Assembly: GCA_047602405.1 (NCBI GenBank) | Contig: JASGHJ010000001.1 | Coordinates: forward strand, 896,001-960,000 | Length of the DNA stretch: 64,000 nucleotides | Reading direction: 5' to 3' | Origin: Anaeromyxobacteraceae bacterium | GTDB taxonomy: Bacteria; Myxococcota; Myxococcia; Myxococcales; Anaeromyxobacteraceae | Shown: piece by piece, positions 54,327 through 64,000 of the stretch | How positions within the stretch are numbered: position 1 is the stretch's first letter | Layout of the letters: the number at the start of each line of letters is the position of its first letter | The notes under the pieces: model-generated | Database searches by the model: none | What the model was told of the DNA's origin: nothing | What the model saw: the letters and a program-made list of their open reading frames with translations, nothing else | Position numbers and translations under genes: made by a program

Positions 54327-54815
54327 TCAGACCCCGGTGACGGTGACCGCCATGAGCCCCGCGCCCATGGCGACGTCGATGACGTTGACGAGGCCGCCGT
54401 AGTGCACGGTGTCCTCGGCGGAGACGGTGATGGCGGAGGCCTCGGGGAACTCGCTCTTCAGCTGCTTCAGGCGATCCGCGAGGGTCTTCACGTCGAAGCG
54501 GATCTTGCCGTCCTGGTCGCGGCCCAGCGTCGGGATGTCGATGTTGGTCCCGGTGGAGGTCGACAGGTTGAAGCCGCGCTCGCTCATCGCGAGCGTGACG
54601 AGGAGCGGCTTCGCCGTCTCGGCCTGCTCGGCCTGCGGCGCGCCCTCGCCCAGCTGCTGCACCTGCAGGCGGGACACCTGCGTCCAGACCGCGGTGTAGA
54701 GGAGGAACGTGATCAGCGTCGAGAGGAGGTCGATCGCGGGGACGACGTTGATGACGGTGTCGAGGGACTTCTTCTTCCCTTTCCCGCCCGCCTCGGGCAT
54801 CGCGCCGCCGCCCAT
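54327..54815 (-). CDS. aglQ: ExbD/TolR family protein, AglQ-like
   Basis: GKKKSLDTVINVVPAIDLLSTLITFLLYTAVW with conserved Asp. Orthology inferred. Confidence 0.72.
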   Translation of the reverse strand: MGGGAMPEAGGKGKKKSLDTVINVVPAIDLLSTLITFLLYTAVWTQVSRLQVQQLGEGAPQAEQAETAKPLLVTLAMSERGFNLSTSTGTNIDIPTLGRDQDGKIRFDVKTLADRLKQLKSEFPEASAITVSAEDTVHYGGLVNVIDVAMGAGLMAVTVTGV

Positions 54816-54893
54816 GTCGACCTCCTTTCTCTCTAATCTCGGCCCGTACGTGCCGAGCGTGGGTCCGCGCGGCGGACCGGAGACGAGGCACGG

Positions 54894-55574
54894 CTACGCC
54901 TGCTCCTCGACCGCCGGCGACGCCGGCATCCTCATCTTCTCCTTGTTGGCGATGATGAGGTTGAGCACCGAGACCGCGGTCTCGTTGATCTCGTCGAGCA
55001 TGTGCTGCGTGCGGCCCTGCAGGATCGAGTAGGCGACGAGCGCCGGGATCGCGGTGCCGAGGCCGAACGCGGTGCAGTTCATGGCCTCGGAGATGGAGTT
55101 GGAGAGGATCGCGGCCTTGTCGGCCGGGTTGGCGTTCGCGACGGCGCCGAACGCGCCGATGAGGCCGATGATGGTGCCGAGGAGGCCGAGCAGCGTCGCG
55201 ACGTTGGAGATCATCGCGAGGTAGCCCGTGCGCGCCTCGATCTTCGGCGACTCGCGCAGCGTCGCCTCGTCCATGGCGGCCTGCACGTCGGCCTCGCCCT
55301 TCGGGACGTTGATGAGCCCGGCCTTCACGACCGAGGTCAGCGGCGTCTTCTTCTGGGCGGCGGTGAAGCTGATCGCCTTGTCCAGGTCGCCGGCGTAGAT
55401 GTACTTCTTCAGCTCCTTGAGGAACGACTCCTTGTCGGTCTTCGCCTTGAAGTAGAGCGCGATGACGCGGTCGACGATGAGGCCGAGCGCGAAGACCAGC
55501 GAGATGGCGATGAGGTGCATCGGCCATCCGCCCTCGTGATAGTGCTTCGCGAGCGTCCCGAAAATGTCGCCCAT
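54894..55574 (-). CDS. aglR: MotA/TolQ/ExbB proton-channel protein, AglR-like
   Basis: ATLLGLLGTIIGLIGAF; ISEAMNCTAFGL. Orthology inferred. Confidence 0.75.
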   Translation of the reverse strand: MGDIFGTLAKHYHEGGWPMHLIAISLVFALGLIVDRVIALYFKAKTDKESFLKELKKYIYAGDLDKAISFTAAQKKTPLTSVVKAGLINVPKGEADVQAAMDEATLRESPKIEARTGYLAMISNVATLLGLLGTIIGLIGAFGAVANANPADKAAILSNSISEAMNCTAFGLGTAIPALVAYSILQGRTQHMLDEINETAVSVLNLIIANKEKMRMPASPAVEEQA

Positions 55575-55812
55575 CTGGGAGGGTCCTCCGAGGCGTGGGG
55601 TCGCCCTCGAGTGAAGGGCCGCGGGCCGTGCAGCGCGCGCGTTCTCGAGCGACCGGGGTCTCAAGATCCCTAACACGGCATTTTCGCTCGGGTCAACGCG
55701 GCGGCCGGGGCTGTTCCGCGAGGGCGGACGCGGCGCCGGGTGCGCGGTTGCCCCACCCGGAGCGGCCGTCGTACCCTCGCTTGCCGCCCCTTCGCGGCAA
55801 GCTCCCGCCCCG

Positions 55813-57507
55813 ATGCCGCTCGAAGCCTTCGCTCCCTATCGACTGCCCCCGGGCAGCCCCGCGAACGTCCCCTCCGGCGGCGACGCCGTCGATCCGATCG
55901 TCGGGCCTCCCGGCGTCGTTCCCGCCTCCGCGGTGGGTCGCGCGCTCGCGGACGTCCCGGCCGGGCTCGCCGCTCCGGGCGTCTCGCCCTGCCTCGCCGC
56001 CGACGGCCAGGCCGCCGGCATGGGCGGCCCGCCGCGCGCCTGCCTCTCCTCGCGCGGCCAGCGAGAGTTCGTGGCGCGCGCGGTCCAGGACGCGTGGGCC
56101 GCCGGCTTCGGCGGCGTGCTCATCGACCGGCCCGATCACGGCCACGCCACCGTGCTGCTCGGCGCGGGGTTCTGCCCCGACTGCCAGCGGGACTTCGTGC
56201 GGCACCTCGCGCGCGAGTACGGCGATCACTTCCAGGCCATCGACTACCTCCGGGTCGCGCGCACCGCGCTCGCCGACGCGCCGGGCGCGGTGACCTTCGA
56301 GCGGCTCCCCTACGGCCGCGACTTCTGGAGCTGGCGCCACGACGCGCTCGAGCGCGCCGTCGCCGCCTACGTCCGCTCGGCGCGCGACGCGGCCCGTGCG
56401 GCCGGCGCGCCGGGGCAGACCGCGCGCGGCGGCGCGGTGGCGGAGAAGGCCGCGCGCACGTTCGACGTCGCGGTGCAGTTCGACGCCGTGGGCCCGAGCC
56501 AGCTCCGGCTCGCGCGGCTGGCCGACGGCGTCGTGTTCCCCGCGATCGCGCCGCCGAACGGGACGGGCATCGGCCTGCTCCGCCTGCTCCGCGCCGTGAT
56601 GCGCCGCCGCCCCGCCGCCGTGCAGCCGCCGCCGGGGCTCTCGCCCGCCGCGCTCGCGCGGCTCGCCGCGATCGCGGCCACCTGCGGGATCGAGCTCGCC
56701 GGCCAGGGTCCGACGCCACCGAAGGAGGTCGCGCGCGTGCGCTCGCTCGGCCGGCAGCTCCGCGAGGCGGGCCGGGGCCCCGAGCAGACGACGCCGTTCG
56801 CCGAGGCGGTGCTGCTCTACTCGCCCGAGGCGGACCTCTGGACCGGCGGCCGCCACCTGCAGGCACTCCTGCGCGCCGCGGAGACGCTCGCGCTCGCGCA
56901 CGTGCAGGCGCCGGTGGTCACGCGCCTGTCGGACGCGCCGCGCGACGTGCCGATCGTGCTCGCCGATCCGGGCGCGTTGCCGCCGCACGACGCGAAGGAG
57001 CTCCACCGGCGGCTGGAGGCGGGGCAGTCGATCCTCTCCTTCGGCAGCGCCGCGGAGGTCGACGAGACCGGCCGCGCCCACGAGGGCGCGCTCCCGCCCG
57101 GCAAGCCCGGCGGCGTGCGCGTCGGGGCCGGCACGCTGGCGCAGCTGCCCGCGCTCGCGCCGCTCGGCGGCGAGGACCCGCCCTCGCCGGAGGACGTCGA
57201 GAAGGCGCTCAACGCCGTGCTCGGCCGCGGCAAGCGGGCCGCCAACGTCGCGGGCCGGCACCCGGTGCTCGTGGTCGTCGACCGCACCGAGGACGCGGTG
57301 CACGCGCACCTCGTGTCGCTCTCGAACGAGCGGGCGCAGGGCGTGACGCTGTTCCTCGGCGTGAAGCTCGCCGGCGGCGTGCGGAGGGCGCGCTTCGTCT
57401 CGGCGGACGGGACGGACGTGAGGATCCCGATGAACCCGTCCGGCCAGTCGCTGTCGACCGTGCTGCCGAGCTGGAATGGATACGCGGTGCTGTCGCTCGC
57501 GCCGTAG
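55813..57507 (+). CDS. Hypothetical protein resembling a truncated or degenerate GH42-like glycoside hydrolase
   Basis: ACLSS...GFGGVLID; GFCPDCQRDFVRHLAREYG; AVLLYS trimerisation-like segment; C-terminal beta-rich domain. Confidence 0.6.
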   Translation: MPLEAFAPYRLPPGSPANVPSGGDAVDPIVGPPGVVPASAVGRALADVPAGLAAPGVSPCLAADGQAAGMGGPPRACLSSRGQREFVARAVQDAWAAGFGGVLIDRPDHGHATVLLGAGFCPDCQRDFVRHLAREYGDHFQAIDYLRVARTALADAPGAVTFERLPYGRDFWSWRHDALERAVAAYVRSARDAARAAGAPGQTARGGAVAEKAARTFDVAVQFDAVGPSQLRLARLADGVVFPAIAPPNGTGIGLLRLLRAVMRRRPAAVQPPPGLSPAALARLAAIAATCGIELAGQGPTPPKEVARVRSLGRQLREAGRGPEQTTPFAEAVLLYSPEADLWTGGRHLQALLRAAETLALAHVQAPVVTRLSDAPRDVPIVLADPGALPPHDAKELHRRLEAGQSILSFGSAAEVDETGRAHEGALPPGKPGGVRVGAGTLAQLPALAPLGGEDPPSPEDVEKALNAVLGRGKRAANVAGRHPVLVVVDRTEDAVHAHLVSLSNERAQGVTLFLGVKLAGGVRRARFVSADGTDVRIPMNPSGQSLSTVLPSWNGYAVLSLAP

Positions 57508-57547
57508 TTCCGGGACGCCCCTCGTCTCCGGGCCCGCTGCGCGGGCC

Positions 57548-60139
57548 CTACGCCCGGGGCTGCCGGAGCATCCGGGGCGACGCCCTGAACGCGGCCTCGG
57601 CGGGCAGCTCCGGCCGGAGCGCCCGGTCGGTGCGCGTCACCTGGAACCCGGCCACCATCGCGGCGAGCTCCTCGGCCTGGCCGGAGAGCTCGCTCGCGGC
57701 GGAGGAGGACTCCTCCGCCGACGCCGCGTTCTGCTGGGTGACCTTGTCCATCTCGCCGATGGCGCCGTTCACCTGCTCGATGCCGGCGGCCTGCTCGCGC
57801 GCGGAGGCGGCGATCTCGCCGACGATGTCGGAGACCTTCGAGATCCCGCCCACGATCTCCTCGAGCTTCCCGGAGACCTGCTTCGCGGTGACCTCGCCGG
57901 CGCCGGCCTGCGCGACCGACTGGCGGATGAGCTCCTCGGTCTTCGTCGCCGCCTCCTTGGAGCGGAGGGCGAGCGAGCGGACCTCCTCGGCGACGACCGC
58001 GAAGCCGCGGCCGGCCTCGCCGGCGCGCGCGGCCTCGACCGCGGCGTTGAGCGCGAGCAGGTTCGTCTGGAACGCGATGTCGTTGATGTCGCGGATGATC
58101 TGCGAGGTGCCCTCGGCGGACGCCTTGATCTTCCCCATCGCGCCCTGCATCTCGACCATCGCGGCGGCGCCGTCGGAGGCGGCCGTGCGGGCCGTCTGCG
58201 CGAGCGTGTTCGCCTGCTGCGCGTGATCGGTGGCCTGGCCGGTGATGGACGCGACGTTCGCGATGGAGGCGCCCGTCTCCTCGAGGCTGGAGGCCTGCTC
58301 GGAGGCGCCCGCGGCGACGGCCTGGGCGGAGGCGGCGATCTGCGTGGAGGCCGACGAGACCTGCTCGACGGCGGCCGCCACCTGCGAGAGCGCCTCGTCG
58401 AGCGCCTGCGCGGTCGCGTTGAGCGAGTCCTTGATGCGGGCGTGGTCGCCCCGGTAGTCGCCCTTCACGCGGGCGCGCAGGTCGCGGCGGGCGAGCTCGT
58501 CGAGCACGCCGGCGGCCTCGTTCACCGGCGCGATCACCGCGTCGAGCGTGCGGTTGACGCCCTCGACGATCCTGCGGAAGTCGCCCTGGTGCCGGGCGGC
58601 GTCCGCGCGGGTCGAGAGCTGGCCGGCGACCGCGGCGGCCACGAGGCCGTCGGTGTCCCGGATGAGCGCCTTCAGGTGGCCGCGGACCTGCTCGATGGTC
58701 TCGTTGATGAAGGCCTTCTTGCCCGGGAAGCGCTCGAGCGGCGCCTCGAAGTTGCCGCGCCCGAACTCGGCGACGCAGGCCATCGCCTTCTTCTTCACGG
58801 CGATGTGCCCGGCGACCATGCCGTTCACGCCCTCGGCCATGGTGCGCCAGTCGCCCTGGAACCGGGCGCCCTCGATGGCGGCGTCGATGTCGCCGGCGTC
58901 GTGCGCGGCGGACATGCGGCGCATCTCGGCGATGAGGCCCTTCAGGTTCGCGCGGACCTGCTCGACCGTGTCGTTGATGAAGGCCTTCTTGCCCGGGAGG
59001 CGCTCGAGGGCGGCGTCGAACTCGCCGCGGCCGAACGCCTGGAAGACGCCCATCGCCTTCTTCTTCACGGCGATGTGCGAGCCCACCATCGTGTTCACGC
59101 CCGCGGCCATCTCGCGGTAGGCGCCCTCGAACCGCGCGACGTCGACGGCGGCGTCGATCTCGCCCGCCTCGTGCTCGGCACTCATGCGGTTCATCTCGCC
59201 GACGAGCCCGCGGAGGGAGCCGACGCAGCGGTTCAGGGCGCGCTTGATGCGGTCGAAGTCGCCTGCGTAGGTCTCCGTGATCTCGGGCGGGAGGTCGCCG
59301 TGGGAGATCCGGCTCAGGTGGTCGACCGTCACCTGGATCGGACGCTGGAACGCGTCCATCGTCTCGTTGACGCCGGCCACGATCGGGCGGAACTCGTCGG
59401 GCACCTGCGCGAGGTCGCCGCGCACGTCGAGCCGCCCTTCGGCGACCGCCTGGCGCAGCTTCGCCGTCTCGCCGACGAGGCTCCGGATGGAGCGGGACAC
59501 GGAGGTCGCGATGAGGAGCCCGAGCGTCGCCGCGACGGCGACCACGCCGACGAGCACCCACAGGAGGATGCTCCGGGCGCCCGCGACGATCGCCGTGGCG
59601 TCGGCCTGCTCGGCCTGTCCCGCCTGGCCGATCACGTCGAGGAGGCGGTCGAGCGGGCCGGCGAGCTTCGCGTCGAGCCCGCCCACGTACTCGAGCATGA
59701 TCGCGGCGGCGCGCGTGCCGTCCTGCTCCGCGAGCGCCTGCCACACGCGGTCGTTCTCGCCGCGGAAGAAGTCGACGCCGGGCGTCAGCTTCGCCCAGTC
59801 GGTCTTCTCCGCCTCCGACTTGGGGAGGGCCGCGTAGGCCGCGAACCCCTGCAGCATCTCGGTCATCTCCCTGTCGCGGCGGGCCTTCTCGGCCGCGACG
59901 GTCGAGAAGTTGCCGCGCTGGGCCTCGGTGACCGCCCGCGTGGTCGCGAGCCGCAGCTCGTAGAGCGCCTGCTGCGCGGCGCTGAGCGCGCGCAGCGCGG
60001 GCACGAGGTTGCCCGAGTAGACCTCGATGTGCTCGGCCAGCTTCGCGTTCGAGCGCAGGCCGACGACGCCGAGCGCGGCGGCGAGGAGCGTGATGAGGGC
60101 GAAGGAGGCAAGCAGGCGGGCACGGGTGGTCGAGAGCAT
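57548..60139 (-). CDS. Methyl-accepting chemotaxis protein, 4HB sensor plus poly-HAMP
   Basis: Two TMs; HAMP repeats; [43 protein letters not shown]. Confidence 0.95.
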   Translation of the reverse strand: MLSTTRARLLASFALITLLAAALGVVGLRSNAKLAEHIEVYSGNLVPALRALSAAQQALYELRLATTRAVTEAQRGNFSTVAAEKARRDREMTEMLQGFAAYAALPKSEAEKTDWAKLTPGVDFFRGENDRVWQALAEQDGTRAAAIMLEYVGGLDAKLAGPLDRLLDVIGQAGQAEQADATAIVAGARSILLWVLVGVVAVAATLGLLIATSVSRSIRSLVGETAKLRQAVAEGRLDVRGDLAQVPDEFRPIVAGVNETMDAFQRPIQVTVDHLSRISHGDLPPEITETYAGDFDRIKRALNRCVGSLRGLVGEMNRMSAEHEAGEIDAAVDVARFEGAYREMAAGVNTMVGSHIAVKKKAMGVFQAFGRGEFDAALERLPGKKAFINDTVEQVRANLKGLIAEMRRMSAAHDAGDIDAAIEGARFQGDWRTMAEGVNGMVAGHIAVKKKAMACVAEFGRGNFEAPLERFPGKKAFINETIEQVRGHLKALIRDTDGLVAAAVAGQLSTRADAARHQGDFRRIVEGVNRTLDAVIAPVNEAAGVLDELARRDLRARVKGDYRGDHARIKDSLNATAQALDEALSQVAAAVEQVSSASTQIAASAQAVAAGASEQASSLEETGASIANVASITGQATDHAQQANTLAQTARTAASDGAAAMVEMQGAMGKIKASAEGTSQIIRDINDIAFQTNLLALNAAVEAARAGEAGRGFAVVAEEVRSLALRSKEAATKTEELIRQSVAQAGAGEVTAKQVSGKLEEIVGGISKVSDIVGEIAASAREQAAGIEQVNGAIGEMDKVTQQNAASAEESSSAASELSGQAEELAAMVAGFQVTRTDRALRPELPAEAAFRASPRMLRQPRA
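58655..59194 (-). repeat. Intragenic tandem repeat, 2 x 270 bp (di-HAMP unit)
   Basis: HIAVKKKAM...PGKKAFIN occurs twice, 90 aa apart; identical DNA at 58781 and 59051. Confidence 0.88.
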
Positions 60140-60190
60140 GGGGTCCTTCCGGACGCGGAAGAGAGGGCCGCGCCCGTCCAGGTGGCGATT

Positions 60191-60206
60191 TGCCACGGGC
60201 GTGCCA
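60191..60206 (-). promoter_or_regulatory. Putative sigma54 (-24/-12) promoter of the MCP gene
   Basis: TGGCACGCCCGTGGCA versus consensus TGGCACG-N4-TTGCW, one mismatch, about 50 nt upstream of the ATG. Confidence 0.7.
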
Positions 60207-60370
60207 TCCCCGCCGAGGGACGGTTTCGCTCACGCCTTCGATCCCGGGCCCGCGCCGAGGACGCTGCGTCCGCGCAGCGCCCGGTTACCGAGCGGCTCGA
60301 CCCTGAGCACAGGTCCGGCCCGGTGCCCGTGGGTCCCACGCGACCGGTGCATCACCGCGTGGTCGCGAGC

Positions 60371-62350
60371 TCACCCCTCGCGGCGGAGCGGGAGCTCCAC
60401 CGTGACCGTCGTCCCCTTCCCCGGCGCGGTCGTGAGCTCGACCTTCCCTCCGTGGCGGTCGACGATCCCCTGCACGATCGGCAGCCCGAGCCCGATGCCG
60501 ACGCCCGGGCGCGTCGTGTAGAACGGCTCGAACGCGCGGGCCGCCTCCTCGGGCGGCATGCCGGCGCCGTCGTCCGAGACGGTCACCTTCACCTTCTCGC
60601 CCTGCGCCTCGAGCGAGAGGCGCACGCGCCCGCCCGGCGAGACCGCCTGGGCCGCGTTGCGGATCAGGTTCACGAACACCTGCACGAGGCTCGGGCGGTT
60701 GCCGTCGACGGGCGGCACGGCCTCGATCACCCGCTCGACCACCGCGCTCGTCTCCTTGAGCGCCGGCTTCGAGAGGCGCGCCGCCTCGTCGAGCACGCCC
60801 TCGAGGTCGACGGGCTCGGTGCGCGCGCCGGTGGGCTTCGCGTAGGTGACGAGGTCGCGGGCGAGCCGCTGGATGCGCAGGCCGGCGTCGCGGATGGCCT
60901 TCAGCTTCTCGAGGTCGCTCGGCTCCTGGCCGCTCTTCGAGAGCTTCTCGACGAGCGCGTCGGAGTACATGTTCACCGCGGTGAGCGGGTTGTTGAGCTC
61001 GTGCACGACGCCGGCGACGAGCCGCCCGATGCCGGCGAGCCGCTCGGCGTGCTCCGCCGCGGCCTGCAGCGAGCGCACCTCGGTGAGGTCCCGGCCGATC
61101 GCGACGACGCCCTCGACGTCCCCGGCGGCGTTGCGGATCGGGGCGGTGTTCATCTCCACCCGCACCTCGCCGCCGTCCTTGCGGGAGAGCTGGAGCTCCT
61201 GGGCGTCCATCGACTCGCCCGCGAAGCCGCGGCCCATGAAGTCCTCGAGGCGCGCGCGCTCGAACTCCGGCACCCGCGTCACGACCCGGCGGCCCAGCGC
61301 CTCCTCCTTCGTGAAGCCGGTGAGCCGCACGAGGGTCGCGTTCCAGACGATGACCTCCATGTTGCGGTTCACGACCGCGATGAGCGCGTTCGCGTGCTCG
61401 ATGAGCCCCTCGAGGTAGGTCTTGAGGTAGGTGAGCTCCTCGATCGAGCGGAGGTTGCGCACGCCGAGCGCGGCGTGGTTCGCGAGCTGGTGCAGGAGCG
61501 GGCCGTCGGCCTGCGGCGAGCCCGGCGCGCCGCGCTCGTACTCGAGGCTGACGATGCCGAAGAGCTGCCCGCCGACCGCGAGCGGCACCGCGATGGCCTC
61601 CTCGCAGCGGTCGAAGAGCGGCTCGTCCTTCTCCGTGAGCTGGATGCCGTTCGACTCGAGGTAGGCCGTGTCGAGGCCGACCTTCTCGGCGGCCCCGCGG
61701 CGCAGCTGCATGCGGCTGCGGGCCTGCGAGCGGAGCCGGCCGCGGGCGTAGAGCGTCGTCAGGGAGAGGGCGTCGGGGTCGACGAGCCGGATGCAGAACG
61801 AGCGCGCGGGGAAGAGCACCTCGAGCGCCCGCGCGAGCGCCTGGGTGATCTGGTCCTCGGCGCGCGCGTCGGCGAGGTCGCGCGAGAGCTGGAGCAGTGC
61901 CTGGTCGGCGACCGTGTCGTCGCCACCGAGGCTCGGGTGCAGGAGCGCGGAGACGAGGAGCGCCTTCCCCGGCGCGGGCGCCTCCGCGGCGACGAGGTCG
62001 ACGCGGGCGGTGATGCCGTCGACGCGCGTCCGGTAGCTCGAGACCTCACCCGGCCGCGGGGGCTGGGGCGCGCCGTCGAGCGGCGGCAGGAGCGTGGCGA
62101 GGGGCTTGCCGATCGCCTCGGGTGCCTCGAGGCCGAGCGCGCGGGTGAACGCGGCGTTCACGAACGCGACCTTGCCGTCGTACGTGAGCGCGGTCGCGAT
62201 GGGGTGGACGTGGTAGGCGAGCCGGAGCTCGGCCGGCGACGGATCCGCGACGACGGGCGCGGGGGGCGACGGCCGCGGGGCCTTCGCCTTCGGCTTCGCC
62301 ACCGCCTTCGAACGTGCAGGCCTCCGGGCCTTCGCGCCTCGCTTCGCCAC
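60371..62350 (-). CDS. Cytoplasmic PAS-GAF-PAS sensor histidine kinase
   Basis: VVHELNNPL H-box; NLIRNA; DDGAGM; FEPFYTT; GIGLGL; no TM segment. Confidence 0.93.
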   Translation of the reverse strand: MAKRGAKARRPARSKAVAKPKAKAPRPSPPAPVVADPSPAELRLAYHVHPIATALTYDGKVAFVNAAFTRALGLEAPEAIGKPLATLLPPLDGAPQPPRPGEVSSYRTRVDGITARVDLVAAEAPAPGKALLVSALLHPSLGGDDTVADQALLQLSRDLADARAEDQITQALARALEVLFPARSFCIRLVDPDALSLTTLYARGRLRSQARSRMQLRRGAAEKVGLDTAYLESNGIQLTEKDEPLFDRCEEAIAVPLAVGGQLFGIVSLEYERGAPGSPQADGPLLHQLANHAALGVRNLRSIEELTYLKTYLEGLIEHANALIAVVNRNMEVIVWNATLVRLTGFTKEEALGRRVVTRVPEFERARLEDFMGRGFAGESMDAQELQLSRKDGGEVRVEMNTAPIRNAAGDVEGVVAIGRDLTEVRSLQAAAEHAERLAGIGRLVAGVVHELNNPLTAVNMYSDALVEKLSKSGQEPSDLEKLKAIRDAGLRIQRLARDLVTYAKPTGARTEPVDLEGVLDEAARLSKPALKETSAVVERVIEAVPPVDGNRPSLVQVFVNLIRNAAQAVSPGGRVRLSLEAQGEKVKVTVSDDGAGMPPEEAARAFEPFYTTRPGVGIGLGLPIVQGIVDRHGGKVELTTAPGKGTTVTVELPLRREG

Positions 62351-62419
62351 CGCTGCCTCCGTGAACGGACAGTACCACGCGGTCGGACGGGGCCATGCCT
62401 GCCCCCGAGCGACGCAGCG

Positions 62420-63613
62420 TCAGCGACTCGCCGCAGCGCGCAACGCAGCGGTCATCACCTCGCGCACCGGCACGCCCCGCTCGCGGGCGCGCGCCAGGCA
62501 GTCGTCGTACTCCGCGTGTAGGCCCGACACCTTCCCGGCCCGGGAGGACACCTTCACCCGCACCTTTCCGTACGCGGTGTCGACCTCGATCGTCGCGCGA
62601 TCGAGCACCTCGCGCTCCACGCGATATCGGCGCAGGCCGAGGGTGGTGGTCTCCGAGAAGAGCGCCTCGGTGACGGCAGCCCGGCGGGGTTCCTCGCAGA
62701 GCGCGCCGAGGAGCTGGCCCGGGCGGCCCTTCTTCATCGTGAGCGGCGCCGCCCAGGCGTCGAGCGCGCCGGCCTCGAGCGCGGCCTCGATGGCGCGGCC
62801 GAGGAGCTCGCCGGGGCAGTCGTCGAGGTTGGCCTCGAGGACCCACAGCTCCGGATCCGTTCGCCCCGAGCCCGTCGAAGAGCGACTGCTGGAGGCTTCC
62901 TCCCCCAGCGTCATCCGCAGCGCGTTCGGCCGGTCCGGCCAGTCCCGCGTCCCGAGCCCGACGCCCGTGCGCGAAGGCACGATCGCGGGCACCTCGCCCA
63001 CGTCGGTCCACTCCGCGAGGATCACCGCGCCCGTCGGCGTCACCGCCTCCCCCGGCGGCCCGCCCGGCCGCACGGGCTTGCCGGCCAGGAGCTCCAGCAC
63101 CGCCGGCGGCGGCACCGGCATCGTGCCGTGGGCGCCCTTCACGAAGCCCACGCCGAGCTCCGGCGGCGCGCAGACCACGCGCGGCCAGCCGAGGAGCTCG
63201 AGCGCGACCGCCGCGCCGCACAGGTCCACGATCGAGTCGACCGCGCCGACCTCGTGGAAGTGCACGTCCTCGACCGGCACGCGGTGGACCTTCGCCTCCG
63301 CGCGCCCGAGCCGCTCGAACGCGGAGCGCGCCGCCGCCTTCGCGCGCGGCGAGAGGGCGGAGCCGTCGACGAGCGCGAGGATGTCCGCGAGGTGCCGGTG
63401 CGCGTGCTCGTGCGGCGCCGCGACCCGCACGTGCGTGCCCGCGAGGCCGCCCTTCTCCGCGCGCGTGACCTCGAGCGACCAGCCCGGGAGGCCGAGCGTC
63501 CGGAGCGCGCCCTCGAGCGCCGCGCGGTCCACGCCGAGGTCGAGCGCCGCCGCGAGGAACATGTCCCCCGCGAGGCCGCCGATGGGCTCGAGCCAGAGGA
63601 GCGCGCTCATCAT
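62420..63613 (-). CDS. larC: Nickel-pincer cofactor biosynthesis protein LarC
   Basis: [10 protein letters not shown]; His-rich [46 protein letters not shown]. Confidence 0.93.
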   Translation of the reverse strand: MMSALLWLEPIGGLAGDMFLAAALDLGVDRAALEGALRTLGLPGWSLEVTRAEKGGLAGTHVRVAAPHEHAHRHLADILALVDGSALSPRAKAAARSAFERLGRAEAKVHRVPVEDVHFHEVGAVDSIVDLCGAAVALELLGWPRVVCAPPELGVGFVKGAHGTMPVPPPAVLELLAGKPVRPGGPPGEAVTPTGAVILAEWTDVGEVPAIVPSRTGVGLGTRDWPDRPNALRMTLGEEASSSRSSTGSGRTDPELWVLEANLDDCPGELLGRAIEAALEAGALDAWAAPLTMKKGRPGQLLGALCEEPRRAAVTEALFSETTTLGLRRYRVEREVLDRATIEVDTAYGKVRVKVSSRAGKVSGLHAEYDDCLARARERGVPVREVMTAALRAAASR

Positions 63614-64000
63614 CCCCTCGCGATCAACCCGGCCACGAACGCCGCGCCGAAGCCGTTGTCGATGTTCACGACCGTCACGTTGGGCGCGCAGGAGTTGAGC
63701 ATCGTGAGGAGCGGCGCGATCCCGCCCAGGTGCGCCCCATAGCCCACGGAGGTCGGCACCGCCACGACCGGGCAGCTCACGAGCCCACCCACGACGCTCG
63801 GCAGCGCGCCCTCCATCCCGGCGACCGCGATGATCGCCTTCGCCCGCGTGAGCTCCGCGTGCCGCCCGAGCAGCCGGTGAATCCCGGCGACGCCCACGTC
63901 GTACACGCGCACGGCCTCGACGCCCATCACCTCGAGCGTGACGATCGCCTCCTCGCAGACCGGCAGGTCGCTCGTCCCGGCGGAGACGACCGCCACCGGC
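63610..64000 (-). CDS. larB: Nickel-pincer cofactor biosynthesis protein LarB (5' truncated by the window)
   Basis: [44 protein letters not shown]. Confidence 0.93.
   Translation of the reverse strand, partial: PVAVVSAGTSDLPVCEEAIVTLEVMGVEAVRVYDVGVAGIHRLLGRHAELTRAKAIIAVAGMEGALPSVVGGLVSCPVVAVPTSVGYGAHLGGIAPLLTMLNSCAPNVTVVNIDNGFGAAFVAGLIARG

Noticed and set aside
55667..55696. TTGACC-N18-TAGGGA possible aglR promoter
   Set aside because: The -10 lacks the conserved final T; too weak to list as a feature.
60140..60370. Possible c-di-GMP riboswitch upstream of the MCP
   Set aside because: No recognisable GEMM consensus; the sigma54 box leaves only a short leader.
57476..62521. 1681-aa ORF on +
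   Set aside because: Antisense shadow of the MCP and histidine kinase genes; no motifs.

Overview
High-GC bacterial DNA, most likely from a Myxococcota (Anaeromyxobacter-like) genome. This is an inference from an aglR/aglQ/aglS-like triplet and the gene content. Positions 1-~34,800 are the right-hand part of a very large Wzx/Wzy-type surface-polysaccharide locus. It holds 11 GT4, 3 GT2 and 1 GT87 glycosyltransferases, a Wzy-like polymerase, Wzc, Wzx, an O-antigen-ligase/TPR protein, gmd, fcl, an epimerase, a WcaF-like acetyltransferase, an OafA-like acyltransferase and five SAM methyltransferase domains. The locus is a mosaic: it flips strand repeatedly, contains paralogue pairs, and carries a 91-bp diverged direct repeat that brackets a GT2/GT87/methyltransferase/GT4 module. 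Many genes have a TAnnnT box just before the start codon. The right half is a set of unrelated genes: a bacterial eRF1-like protein lacking an obvious catalytic Gln, a degenerate nucleotidyltransferase, ugd, WS/DGAT, a LysR/GNAT pair, a Cys-rich lipoprotein, an enolase/TPP-enzyme/GH15/FAD-FeS oxidoreductase block, a LON-N protein, a divergent membrane pyrophosphatase, AglRQS-like genes, a GH-like unknown, a poly-HAMP chemoreceptor with a sigma54 promoter, a PAS/GAF histidine kinase and larC/larB. Three genes have single-base frameshifts in short homopolymers, which may be sequencing errors. No rRNA, tRNA, CRISPR array, transposase or integrase was seen. All calls come from motif recognition by eye; no searches were run.
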